This document shows positions 44,701 through 53,664 of a DNA stretch of 53,810 nucleotides, in pieces. Both the position numbers and the translations under genes were made by a program. Source of the DNA: a virus (taxonomy: Duplodnaviria; Caudoviricetes); the IMG/VR virus record IMGVR_UViG_3300030099_000437, positions 1 to 53,810 of that record; one strand, 5' to 3'. The notes beneath the pieces are model-generated. The model did not search any database. It worked only from the letters and a program-made list of their open reading frames with translations, and was not told the DNA's origin. The first letter of the stretch is position 1. Every line of letters starts with the position of its first letter.

Positions 44701-45669
44701 TAACTCTTTACTTGCTAGAGACTTAACAAGTTTTTGTCTAGCAATCTCAGGAGCTACTCCTTTATTTAATTGATTTTTATAGAAGGCTAATGCAGTTCTC
44801 TTAACACCTTCTGCAGCAAGCTTCTGCCCTGTTCCAAATAGTATTTTACCTAAACCAAACGTAACTAAGTTAAGTGGGTCATGGATTGCACCTCTTGTAT
44901 AATCCCACATAGCATCTCCCATCTCTCTCCAAGTACCTCTTCCTACAAAAGCATTATCCATGCGTGACATAAGATAATATCCTGCACCCATCTTGGAACG
45001 CTCATCGTCATTCGCAAGAAGACCTGCAGATACTTCGTTAGCAACAGTAACAGAGTTTAGGGAATTTAAAAGACGCATCCAATTTTGCCAAGTCTCAAAG
45101 ACTTTCTCATTAGATTGACTTCTGTAGTCTCTACCGAGACCGCCCATTGGTGCGCCTAATCCTGCTGAGACTAAACCATACCCCTGACTAACAATAGAGT
45201 CAGAGTATCTGGCTTCTAAAGAAGAACGTATGATGTCCATCATCACTGGGTCTTCTAGTATATCTTCTTTTGTTAAATCATTCTTATAGTAATAAGTTGC
45301 AATATCGCTTGCTTTACCACGATTTTTTGCCTTACTAAGAATATATTCTGGTAAGTTAACTAATGTACTATTAGGACCTACTTTTGCTAAATTTTCTACA
45401 GTAAAGTTAGGTGATGGACTTGTGATTTCATTCACAAAGGGTATGGAAGATTCATCAATTTCTATTGGCTTATATGAATTACCTCTACCTATAAATGGCG
45501 CATTTTCATAGTCAGTATTATTAGGTATTTCATTTGTGTCATCATCTATATCTAATGATATACCAAACTTATCTTCTTCTTCCTCTTCTTTATCAACAAG
45601 GTTGTTAAAAACACCATTTATATTACCTTTTCCAATAAAAGGTATTTCTTCTTCAGACTGATATATCAT
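41698..45669 (-). CDS. Large internal virion (ejection) protein
   Basis: 1323 aa, last gene of structural arm, helical composition. Confidence 0.6.
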   Translation of the reverse strand: MIYQSEEEIPFIGKGNINGVFNNLVDKEEEEEDKFGISLDIDDDTNEIPNNTDYENAPFIGRGNSYKPIEIDESSIPFVNEITSPSPNFTVENLAKVGPNSTLVNLPEYILSKAKNRGKASDIATYYYKNDLTKEDILEDPVMMDIIRSSLEARYSDSIVSQGYGLVSAGLGAPMGGLGRDYRSQSNEKVFETWQNWMRLLNSLNSVTVANEVSAGLLANDDERSKMGAGYYLMSRMDNAFVGRGTWREMGDAMWDYTRGAIHDPLNLVTFGLGKILFGTGQKLAAEGVKRTALAFYKNQLNKGVAPEIARQKLVKSLASKELLGTTAAFTLPDLAQNVTLDLLSQLNLINVGNQEEISKSQTTIAAFASLFIPAVTITNFGLRELRKKEPIKSSWLGYIDIDNKVREGLKNAQQIVDERVSANADDIAYKVESHFGYRKPIKEWKQLPGGFNENLKKWEKIRGEAYNTLKESIGGNNPDAFANDLAHTQQFFREFFLDTVDNEGNILTKGYLRVLKEAGFVVHQDMIDESKITGVMAESMKYLSNFTVEKIMKEYEFRTGKSLNLPYTVEALSARYVNIESNAGRTLQISQAMANNIHKETKNMNTTMKVMAGQIETDISPKRFQWALSIYKRLLTSHPATTGSNLKGFGALNLLDVAGDITTSVGNITLSAFYKTLGGNAKKAEYHARQAYGNFFGAARKGFNVLNPEMDVGYARLILDLNPKVKERLFRDVSGDGGAFDSLALFNLDKKNNPIYAGFDSITKGAQTISLMRLQDEYSKLWAFSGNMNQNIMKVYGESPTQFFSRPDVGIEITSPKFMDEVLQKSAWRTMRQTASVNWSQLQGRAGNSLFREGAILVENVTNRTAGGFIIPFGSFMNTVAATFGDVTGINAARYMTRKALGRDLDPETQDFTEATSKMIVGWSYVLWRTFYGENSAVEKVSRGDAYNENRNSEGDLVDITYDWPLNQADLIAQMLAHAISGDGRNLKKDLAERNPDEIYEYIIEHFDVTQIPTGLQARLGAELTGSAVRQVDQVTSYIGEQFYSFVDGETQVDSLLDLFNFIIGLTADAGARIFQGGTRFLEPVNVVANMVRFDGATPDLRQGNERTNSAFKYINALLPTELSSAATEETRATLGEGKDRVPNVSKMLFGARRSPHSNIGIKMLNAAGIPTWKFNRWGGDPIVKNAMDNIAAPIFEQIAMETLEKYPNYFQRDLNVKVKIINEIIKPKLREMTLEVLRNSSPKSLSILRDITIGDKDAMNYALNVARQGNIIGADDEFDDIMKKENATDILAYIKTIMDNYDTLTFPQPSGSILRENLAYQ

Positions 45670-46791
45670 TTACTCTGCTTTTCCTATTGTTCCGTCAGGA
45701 AGAATAACTGGATGACCATACTCTAATAAACCTTTAGCTACTAAATAGTTTATAAACCCTACAGCATTGTCAGGTTGATTAGTAGTTGGGTCTATCATTA
45801 TATGTTTACTTTCAAACTTTATCGGAACTCTAGATATCTTCAAACTAGGATTTAAAGCTACATCTGGAAGTTTTTTACCGGGATAAGTCTTTGAATATAT
45901 TGGTTTGTATCTTTCATATTGAAGTTTACTTCCATATGTTTCAAATAATTTAAGAGGATTATCTGGACTTAAATCTAAACTCTCTAATAAAGTTGACCTT
46001 TGGATTATAAATTCTAATTCTAACCTTTCTATGTCACTCCTGTTTTTCTTATTAGTTAATGTAGTCTGTCTATCAAGAAGTGCTTCTATCTCTCTTTTTT
46101 GTTTATCTACTAAAAATTTATGAATAGTGCTTTCTGCATTCTTTTCCCCTACCTCTGAAATTTCAACTGCTTCAGTAGCAGTTGGAAAAGTTATCTGTGA
46201 AAAAGTTTTATTTTCATACAGACTCAGTATATCTTTTAAGTATGGACTTACATCTTTTGTATCTATATTTGAAAAAGGATTGTTTGGTGTTACTTCAGTT
46301 ACAACAACATTATTAAAAAAACTAGATACATCTTCTACAGATAATCTTTTGTCTGGTTTCATATCTCTAAGTGCAGTTAGTGCATTATACAATCTATACC
46401 CTACATTTGAAGCCAGATTGCTTGCACCATAGACTTTTGATAACGCACTTTTATCTACATTAGGAAACTCTGTAAGAATTTGTTGCATGTAGTGAGCATT
46501 ATCTGGACCTCTATATTTTCCAGAAGTATCATACATCTCTCCCTCTCCATACCCTACAGTACTACCTGCACCAAAGCCCCCATTTTTACTAATTATCTTC
46601 GCCATATCTATGAAGTTATCATCTCTATTCTTTTGTTTAGTATACTCTAGAGTTTCTTTTTCTAATTCAAATTTCTCTAGGTCTAAATCAAAAGCATCTT
46701 TTTTTAACTTAAAAGCTTCTTTATATTTTTTATTTTCATCTACCTCTTTTTGGTAGTCCATTAATCCTGTAAAAAATCCTGACCAAACCAT
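45670..46791 (-). CDS. Putative internal virion protein
   Basis: 373 aa, amphipathic N-terminus plus coiled coil. Confidence 0.5.
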   Translation of the reverse strand: MVWSGFFTGLMDYQKEVDENKKYKEAFKLKKDAFDLDLEKFELEKETLEYTKQKNRDDNFIDMAKIISKNGGFGAGSTVGYGEGEMYDTSGKYRGPDNAHYMQQILTEFPNVDKSALSKVYGASNLASNVGYRLYNALTALRDMKPDKRLSVEDVSSFFNNVVVTEVTPNNPFSNIDTKDVSPYLKDILSLYENKTFSQITFPTATEAVEISEVGEKNAESTIHKFLVDKQKREIEALLDRQTTLTNKKNRSDIERLELEFIIQRSTLLESLDLSPDNPLKLFETYGSKLQYERYKPIYSKTYPGKKLPDVALNPSLKISRVPIKFESKHIMIDPTTNQPDNAVGFINYLVAKGLLEYGHPVILPDGTIGKAE

Positions 46792-47333
46792 TACATTACT
46801 CCTCTATCTGGTCTTTGCATTAATCCCATCTCTTTAGCAGGAGGCGGTGTTTCTTCTACAGTCTCCATAAGTTCAGTTGGAGTATCAGTTTTTTCTAAAT
46901 CCATTTCATCTATTGGTTCTCTGTTAGGTTTAATATTATCCGTAAATCTTTTAGCAATACTTAGGTTTCTGTTAAACCTTAAATTTTCTCTTGCTTTAAT
47001 ATTATCTATTCCTTCATCGTAATCTGCACCTAAAGCATCAAGTCTTCCTACAATATACTCATGTAAGAGTGGAGCTATTATTAAACTTACATCTATAGAG
47101 TGAATACCAGTAGCAACTGCACTCCTTAATAAACCCTCATTCAAAGACTTAACATCCATACCTGACTGTGTAAAAAATAAAATGTCTTCTATTGCATCTC
47201 TATTATCAAGATTATCTAAGTGTCTTTCTAAGGCTTCCTTAGGATTAGTAATCTCAGGAGGTCTTTCATATGCCTGTGCCTTAGGTGGAGTTGTTAAAGA
47301 ACTTCCGGGTACTGGACGGTCAAACTGTGTCAT
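46791..47333 (-). CDS. Conserved virion-module protein
   Basis: FDRPVPGSSLT.P....YERPP motif. Confidence 0.6.
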   Translation of the reverse strand: MTQFDRPVPGSSLTTPPKAQAYERPPEITNPKEALERHLDNLDNRDAIEDILFFTQSGMDVKSLNEGLLRSAVATGIHSIDVSLIIAPLLHEYIVGRLDALGADYDEGIDNIKARENLRFNRNLSIAKRFTDNIKPNREPIDEMDLEKTDTPTELMETVEETPPPAKEMGLMQRPDRGVM

Positions 47334-47538
47334 CTTGTCCTCTTTTTAATCTATCATTACTTAACATTATTTGCAAGAAAGCATTCTCTTGAAAAGATTG
47401 TATAGGATTTTTCTCTACATCTTTTTCTTTCTTGTCTTTAGGTTTTTTAACTAAAGACTTCTCATTGACTTCCATAGGTTTTTCTACGTAGTCTAACCTT
47501 CTTAACTCTTTTAATCTTTTTACATAATCTAAAGACAC
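47320..47538 (-). CDS. Hypothetical protein
   Basis: 72 aa, GGAG RBS, GTG start. Confidence 0.55.
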   Translation of the reverse strand: MSLDYVKRLKELRRLDYVEKPMEVNEKSLVKKPKDKKEKDVEKNPIQSFQENAFLQIMLSNDRLKRGQDDTV

Positions 47539-47548
47539 TAATTAACTC

Positions 47549-49813
47549 CTAATCATCACCTAAACCAAATAAACCTTTGTCACCAAATATTCCCGAGTTA
47601 CCAAACAACAATCTTGCAAAGAAATTAGATTTAGCTGCACCCTCTGTAGCCTCTATTTGTTTTCTAATACCCTCTAGATTTTTATCCCCTAGTAAAAGTT
47701 TAGTAGCTCTGTCTAATGCACTCTCTGATTGAGCAACAGCAAACTGCATTAAGTCTCTTTCTCTCTGCCATATCTGGTCTAACGCTTGCATGGATAAACC
47801 ATTAGTCATTTTAGCAAACTCAAAGTTAGCCTGATTTTCAGCAGCAGTATTTATAGTAGATGTATCTTGTCTCCACTTTGCATTAGCCTGTGCTATTACC
47901 AGAGAGTTCTGTGCATTAAACATATCTCTTTGATTTTCCATTGAGGCATTAAATTGTGCAATAGAATTTTCTTGACCTGCACTAAACTGAGCCATACTAT
48001 TCTGTTGTGCTGCATTAAATTGTTTAACCTGAGTCTGTATTGATTTGTTAAACTCATTGATTTGATTTTGACTTGCGGCATTAAATTGTTTTGCCGCATT
48101 TTCAGAGGCAACATCTGTAAGTAACGCATTAGCCTGTTGAGTTGATTTAAGTAACTCAGTCTGTTGAGCAGCTTCTAGATTGGAAATATCTACCTGTAAT
48201 AAATTCTTAGCGTTCTCTACTTGTGCCTGTTGCATATTGCTTAGACCTTGTGTTTCAAGAGAAGCAATCTGTGCAATCTCTGCCATTACAACAGCCTGTT
48301 CATTAGTTAAGTTCTGCAAAGCTGCAGTCTGTGCAAACCTAGAGTTTTCTAGTATCACCTGTTGCTCTGCAGTAAAGTTCATATTAGCTATTTCGCTAAT
48401 CTTTGCTGCATTTCTAACTTTAGTTTCAAAATTTTGGTCAAACTCTTGTTGCAAAAACTTAGCACGTTGCTCTGCTTTTAGAACAGCCATCTGTTGTTTA
48501 TTACTTGTATCTATCTGTGCGATAGGTAATGCGCTCTCCATCATAGCCTGTATAACAGCCTGTCCTGCCATTGAAGATGCACTCAGACCTCTGGCTGCTA
48601 ATACCTGATTAGCTTTACGCATAGCTCCTGCTGCCCACGTAGGAGTTTTACCATCATCAAACTCTCCAAGTATATCTTTGAGTTCATCTCTCATGGAGGC
48701 AGCTTCAGCTTTGTCCATCTCTTCTTTTATTTTAGCTTGGTCAACTGCAGAGCCTGATATAAGTTCGCTCTCTTCCATTACAGGATTACCCTGAGCATCC
48801 AACATATCAACCATAATTGGATTACCCTCTGCATCTAGAACAGGGTTTCCATCTGCATCTAGTTGAGGAGTTTGTTTAACCTTACTACCATCCTGAAGAG
48901 TACGAGTAGCAGCAGTAGCCTTTAGTTTTTCTATCTCCTCCTCACTAAGAGTAGCTGCTTTCTTATCTTCAATATCGGTATAAGTTTCCATCTGTGGTAT
49001 GGGATTACCATCAGCATCAAGAAGTCTATTACCTTCTGCGTCTAATTGATAGACAACATTACCTTCTGCGTCTTTCTTAACCCTTTCTTTCTTCTGACCT
49101 TCAACTTTAGTAATAGTATCTTTATCTATTTGTTCAGCCTCAAAACCACCCTCTCTAACTGGCTCTCCAGTTTCAGGGTCTATAACATCTTCCATAATGG
49201 GGTTGCCTTCCGCATCCACCATTGGGTTTCCTTCAGCATCAACTTTTTGTTTTTGTTTAATCTTACCTTCAGTTAACTCTTTCATCTTATCAGCAGATTT
49301 ATCTGCAGTATAAGTCTGTGCTGTCACATCAGTAGGAGTATCTGCTGTTTTTGCGGTAGGTGATTCTATGTCATCATCTTTTATTTTCGGAGTATCTTCA
49401 TCACTTACCTGACCTTTTGTATCTGCAATCTCTGTTCCAGTAGTATCAGGGTCTATTGTTTTAACTGTAGGTTTATCTACAACAGTACTAGGGTCAGTAA
49501 AAGCCCCTCCAATAAGTTGTTGTTGTCCTTTTTGTACATCTTCTGGAGTATAATCAGGAGGAGGTGGATTAGTACCTACATCATCTTTTTTATCACCTTT
49601 GGGCTGTTCAGTTTCTACAGTTTCTCCAGAAGGCTTTTCTTTCTTCTCTGTATCTCCTCCCTCTTGCATACCAATAAGACCACCCCTATTTTTTACAGCA
49701 ACAGGTAAGTCTCTAGCATTAACAAACTGACTGATAGCCCTCTTTGTTCTAGGACCTGTGTACCCATGAAACTTAGAGAGTATCTGGTACGCTTGTTCTA
49801 CTGTCATCGCCAT
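47549..49813 (-). CDS. Internal virion protein with DAEGNP and QFNA repeats
   Basis: 754 aa; PTWA...RGLSASSMAG motif; Q/N/A-rich helical C-half. Confidence 0.65.
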   Translation of the reverse strand: MAMTVEQAYQILSKFHGYTGPRTKRAISQFVNARDLPVAVKNRGGLIGMQEGGDTEKKEKPSGETVETEQPKGDKKDDVGTNPPPPDYTPEDVQKGQQQLIGGAFTDPSTVVDKPTVKTIDPDTTGTEIADTKGQVSDEDTPKIKDDDIESPTAKTADTPTDVTAQTYTADKSADKMKELTEGKIKQKQKVDAEGNPMVDAEGNPIMEDVIDPETGEPVREGGFEAEQIDKDTITKVEGQKKERVKKDAEGNVVYQLDAEGNRLLDADGNPIPQMETYTDIEDKKAATLSEEEIEKLKATAATRTLQDGSKVKQTPQLDADGNPVLDAEGNPIMVDMLDAQGNPVMEESELISGSAVDQAKIKEEMDKAEAASMRDELKDILGEFDDGKTPTWAAGAMRKANQVLAARGLSASSMAGQAVIQAMMESALPIAQIDTSNKQQMAVLKAEQRAKFLQQEFDQNFETKVRNAAKISEIANMNFTAEQQVILENSRFAQTAALQNLTNEQAVVMAEIAQIASLETQGLSNMQQAQVENAKNLLQVDISNLEAAQQTELLKSTQQANALLTDVASENAAKQFNAASQNQINEFNKSIQTQVKQFNAAQQNSMAQFSAGQENSIAQFNASMENQRDMFNAQNSLVIAQANAKWRQDTSTINTAAENQANFEFAKMTNGLSMQALDQIWQRERDLMQFAVAQSESALDRATKLLLGDKNLEGIRKQIEATEGAAKSNFFARLLFGNSGIFGDKGLFGLGDD

Positions 49814-49818
49814 TTAAT

Positions 49819-50049
49819 TTAACCTTTAATCAACAGTTTATCTAATTTGTCTTCTATACGGTGCATAGCTTCGTGAACTATCTTCATCTCTTCTTTGACA
49901 TCTTCTCTTGAAGCATACTCTTCTCTTGTTTTATTAAGAAGAATATCTATGCGTTTTACTTCAGCTAACAACCCCCTAAACGACCAGAAGGCAGGAGCTA
50001 TAACGAGTGTAAGTATGATATTCCAAAATATTACAGGGCTAATTTCCAT
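49819..50049 (-). CDS. Small membrane protein with coiled coil
   Basis: N-terminal TM, ILLNKTREE, RIEDKLD. Confidence 0.7.
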   Translation of the reverse strand: MEISPVIFWNIILTLVIAPAFWSFRGLLAEVKRIDILLNKTREEYASREDVKEEMKIVHEAMHRIEDKLDKLLIKG

Positions 50050-50435
50050 TATTTAAAAGCATCCTTCATTGCGTCTAACATGTCATTTATAGATGGTGGT
50101 CTATCCTTTGGGTCATAGGGGCAGATAACTTCTCTAGGACATTGTGTGTATGACTCCACCATCTCTAAGAACCCACTACCATTTGCACCTTCGTATAAAC
50201 ACCACCAACTTATTGTATTCTTTTTTCCTGCAGAGTCATGTCTCTTGTGTATTTTCTTCAATCTACAAACTGTCAGGTGTCCGTTGTTTAGCGTGGGTTG
50301 AAACTTGTGTTCACTAGCTGTTGTCCAAGACCCATAACCCATAGGTAAAAGCGAAAAGAATAGCAGCACAAACAGCGAATATGAGAACACTACTAACCCA
50401 TAATACAATTTTCTCTCTACGCTCTTGTGCTTCAT
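50049..50435 (-). CDS. Hypothetical Cys-containing exported protein (start uncertain)
   Basis: Hydrophobic N-region, four Cys; overlaps upstream gene. Confidence 0.5.
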   Translation of the reverse strand: MKHKSVERKLYYGLVVFSYSLFVLLFFSLLPMGYGSWTTASEHKFQPTLNNGHLTVCRLKKIHKRHDSAGKKNTISWWCLYEGANGSGFLEMVESYTQCPREVICPYDPKDRPPSINDMLDAMKDAFK

Positions 50436-50799
50436 ATATCATTTTCTTTCTTTGCTTACGGATATTAGCCTCTGTCTGAAGTAGCTCATCCCAAGCCTTA
50501 GTGCCTTGTGTAAACATGATATATGTTTTTAGGTCATCTCTTTGTTGCTCTAGTTTCTTCTTTGCAGTAAATGCCTCTATCGCCTCTTGTTCTACTGACT
50601 GTGCAGAGAACATTTTCTTTAATACTGATGGTGACTTAGACGATTTGTGTATGTGGTCTACGTCACTTACTGCTCCCATCCAACGTGACAAATCACCTGC
50701 CATCGCCTCCAAGTCTCTACCTGCAGCGAAAGCTTTCTTAATCCCATTATATGCAGCCGTAGCTGTAGAGATTGCCGCACTGACTGTTAATGGGTCTAT
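50314..50799 (-). CDS. Membrane-anchored protein with apparent ATA start
   Basis: Frame extends 29 codons upstream of track start to ATA-GAC-CCA preceded by GAGGTG; C-terminal TM. Confidence 0.65.
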   Translation of the reverse strand: MDPLTVSAAISTATAAYNGIKKAFAAGRDLEAMAGDLSRWMGAVSDVDHIHKSSKSPSVLKKMFSAQSVEQEAIEAFTAKKKLEQQRDDLKTYIMFTQGTKAWDELLQTEANIRKQRKKMIYEAQERREKIVLWVSSVLIFAVCAAILFAFTYGLWVLDNS

Positions 50800-50808
50800 G
50801 GCACACCT

Positions 50809-51039
50809 CTAGTTTGTTATGGCAGTCTGTACTGCAGTGTTAGATTCTTTCTTTTCAATAGAGGAGATGAGAGCATTAGTAAACTGATTAAGTGCTGCCT
50901 GAGTCTGGTCTAACTCAAACTTATGTGAATTGCTCTTTGCTTGTAGGCTTTTTATCTGAGCTACAAGATAGTTCTGCTCACGACTAAGGTTGTTAGTATC
51001 ATAGTCTTTACCATTAATTTGTATTACATTTTCACTCAT
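50809..51039 (-). CDS. Small coiled-coil protein
   Basis: INGKDY...LS.EQ motif, AAGGA RBS. Confidence 0.65.
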   Translation of the reverse strand: MSENVIQINGKDYDTNNLSREQNYLVAQIKSLQAKSNSHKFELDQTQAALNQFTNALISSIEKKESNTAVQTAITN

Positions 51040-51227
51040 TAATCAACGTCCTTAATTGTTAGTGTACCTTCTTTAACTTGTTTCATTATCTCGTCATAAT
51101 GGCGATTGCCTTCTATTGGTGGTACACTCCAAGTTATACCCCCAATAATCACTCGTATTGCATAGGGTTTATTATCTGCGTCTTTTGTATACTGTGCGTT
51201 TTCTATTTTCATTTTATAACTCCGCAT
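51039..51227 (-). CDS. Tail-fibre-associated small protein (chaperone-like)
   Basis: VP....NRHY..I...G.LTI motif downstream of fibre gene. Confidence 0.6.
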   Translation of the reverse strand: MRSYKMKIENAQYTKDADNKPYAIRVIIGGITWSVPPIEGNRHYDEIMKQVKEGTLTIKDVD

Positions 51228-52329
51228 CTAAATTAACTAAAGCATCAGCATCATCACCAGATGCCTTTAAAAAACAACCAAACCCATTTTCATTATTATC
51301 AGCAGTTAAAGTTAAACTCATTTGAACATTTTGATTAGTTGCCCTATTTAATGATGGGTTGCCACAAGCTCTATCATTTGCTTTAATTCTAACTTTAAAA
51401 GTTCCAACATGAGATATAGAAGGTGCTTGTCTCATTGTTTCTTTTAAAAAATAATCTCCAAGAAACAGTGTATCACTTATCATACAACCAGTACACATAG
51501 AGTCGCTTGCCGTATCTGCTTGCCAACGATGAAAATATCTATGACACTTAGATAGTGTAGTCTCAAATGGTTCATGCTCAAATTCGGTAGCTTTTTCTCC
51601 AATTTCTAACTGTACTCCTGTAATTTGCCAAGTAGCAGAGGCAGTAGTAATAACTCCATCTTGTGCGTGACCATGATGAAATCGTGTATTAGGTGTAGTT
51701 GCCCACCCTGTTGTATTGTCTGTGCCTTTGTAATCACTTCCTGCCGCTAAAGCAAAAACTACCCAAATCCCTGCTCCGTTATTATTATCAATAATACCAA
51801 CTGTGTCTCCTGCAAAAGAAAAACTTTTATACTCCCATGTGTTGGCTGAACTTATTGTATAAGTACCACCTATGTTTCTATTATCATCTTCTTGATATAA
51901 ATTAAATGCAAATGTACCTGTTTGACTCGACTTAACATAAAAAGATAATGCTACTGGTTTTGCATCAGAAGAACCAAAGTCTAAACTTTGTAAATTTTGT
52001 GCTTCAATTTTTTGATGTATGTCTACAAATTCATCTGAAGCTATAGCACTTTCAGCCGTGCCAGTTGTCCATTTAAGAGAAGTTGTTAAACCTGTTCCTG
52101 CAGGTGCATCTGTTGCTTGGCTAAATGTTCCATCTAACTCATCTGCATTTTGCATACGTAAATTAAATCTATCTACTCCATAACTTTCGGTAGTTCCATC
52201 ATGTGCCATTGAAACACTGACACGTTGATTTACGCTACAATTTCCATTGATAATAAAATTTTTATTCCCTAACGAGCTACCCTTATTAACATTGGCAATT
52301 AGTGCCGCTAGTTCTGCCGCTTTACTCAT
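51214..52329 (-). CDS. Tail fibre / carbohydrate-binding-like protein
   Basis: NFIING...DRF...LSFYVKS...ITGVQLE.G..AT.FEH...C.RYF pattern. Confidence 0.7.
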   Translation of the reverse strand: MSKAAELAALIANVNKGSSLGNKNFIINGNCSVNQRVSVSMAHDGTTESYGVDRFNLRMQNADELDGTFSQATDAPAGTGLTTSLKWTTGTAESAIASDEFVDIHQKIEAQNLQSLDFGSSDAKPVALSFYVKSSQTGTFAFNLYQEDDNRNIGGTYTISSANTWEYKSFSFAGDTVGIIDNNNGAGIWVVFALAAGSDYKGTDNTTGWATTPNTRFHHGHAQDGVITTASATWQITGVQLEIGEKATEFEHEPFETTLSKCHRYFHRWQADTASDSMCTGCMISDTLFLGDYFLKETMRQAPSISHVGTFKVRIKANDRACGNPSLNRATNQNVQMSLTLTADNNENGFGCFLKASGDDADALVNLDAEL

Positions 52330-52763
52330 GCTAAATCTCCGTGTACACTAATAAAATTTAAAGCCGCATCAGCATAACCAGAAGACGAGCTGAAAGAACC
52401 TAAACTTGTAGTAGAGGTTGAGTTTCCTGTCATACTACTGTGAGAAGTTCCTGTGGGAGCAAAAGTTAAAGATTGAAAATTGTTAGTACCACTATCTCCG
52501 TTGGTATTTGCAGTGGGGCAATGATTTGCATTTCCCATATTTGTTGTAAAGTTTATATCGTACTCACCTGTACCTCTGTCAGTTAAAGAGCCACAATTAA
52601 AGCTATCTCTGTGTGCTATAGTGCTAGTGCCGTTGAAATTAGTCCACGCTTTAGCTAATCCCTGTTGCAGATTAGTCGTGGTGCTATTACCTTCAGCCGT
52701 GACTGCAATGCTACCTGCTGTGCTAACTCCTGTGAGTGTATTTACTTTGAGTTCACTTGCCAT
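52326..52763 (-). CDS. Tail fibre module paralogue 3
   Basis: TTNLQQGLAKAW...DSFN...HGDLA. Confidence 0.7.
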   Translation of the reverse strand: MASELKVNTLTGVSTAGSIAVTAEGNSTTTNLQQGLAKAWTNFNGTSTIAHRDSFNCGSLTDRGTGEYDINFTTNMGNANHCPTANTNGDSGTNNFQSLTFAPTGTSHSSMTGNSTSTTSLGSFSSSSGYADAALNFISVHGDLA

Positions 52764-53263
52764 TATGCTAAATCTCCGTGTACTGCACTATTTAAAGTGT
52801 TCATTCCTACATCTGAACCAGAACTTTGGTCATAGGCATCTAACCGATAAGAGCCATTTGCAGTAACATCATATCTTACAACCACTGTTCTATCTCTTTG
52901 TGAAGAACTTGCTCCACCTCCTGTAACTATTGAATAGTTAGCATTTGCCATATCGTTATTAATAGTAAAAGTTGTTTGACCATTTGCTTCATCTGTTTGT
53001 CCTGATAAATTAAATGAATCATGTGTAGTAAAAGCACCCGATGTATTTTCATTCATTGCCCATGCTTTAGCTAACCCTTGTTGTAAATTCGTAGTAGTAC
53101 TACCCCCTTCACCAACAATCGTAGTCTGACCTGTAGCGTTCATAGTTAGGCGAGTAGTGTTAGCAGTCTTGAGAACTATCTGGTCATTGGTTGAGAGGTC
53201 AATGCCGCTATCGTTGTCTCCACCTTCGTTATGTATTTTATCTACTCTAAGTTCACTAACCAT
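52763..53263 (-). CDS. Tail fibre module paralogue 2
   Basis: TTNLQQGLAKAW...DSFN...HGDLA. Confidence 0.7.
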   Translation of the reverse strand: MVSELRVDKIHNEGGDNDSGIDLSTNDQIVLKTANTTRLTMNATGQTTIVGEGGSTTTNLQQGLAKAWAMNENTSGAFTTHDSFNLSGQTDEANGQTTFTINNDMANANYSIVTGGGASSSQRDRTVVVRYDVTANGSYRLDAYDQSSGSDVGMNTLNSAVHGDLA

Positions 53264-53664
53264 TATGCTAAATCTCCGAATATCATAAACCCATGCGTTC
53301 TATCTTCTAAATCATCTGCGTTCATATTATTACATTTTATATCTATAACTGTTGTAGTAGTTTCTGCTGAACCCCCTCTAATAACGGTAGGACCACCAAA
53401 AGCCATACCTGCACAAGCACCGTCATCTATTTGAGCAGCAAAAGCGTTTGTCACAGTGTAATCAAAATCTCCAGTGCCTTCATCTGTCCTACTTGCCATA
53501 TTAAAACTATCCCTAATAGTAGTGCCATCACTATCACCACCTGCCCACGCTTTAGCCAACCCTTGCTGTAGATTAGTCGTGGTGCTATTGCCCTCTGCCA
53601 CCACAGCTATACTACCTGCTGTAGTTCGTCCTGCTATATTGTCAACTATAAGTTTACTTGTCAT
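53263..53664 (-). CDS. Tail fibre module paralogue 1
   Basis: ATG at 53664 (ATGA overlap); TTNLQQGLAKAW...DSFN...FGDLA. Confidence 0.7.
   Translation of the reverse strand: MTSKLIVDNIAGRTTAGSIAVVAEGNSTTTNLQQGLAKAWAGGDSDGTTIRDSFNMASRTDEGTGDFDYTVTNAFAAQIDDGACAGMAFGGPTVIRGGSAETTTTVIDIKCNNMNADDLEDRTHGFMIFGDLA

Noticed and set aside
52326-53664. Diversity-generating retroelement in the fibre repeats
   Set aside because: No reverse transcriptase; differences between repeats are not adenine-specific
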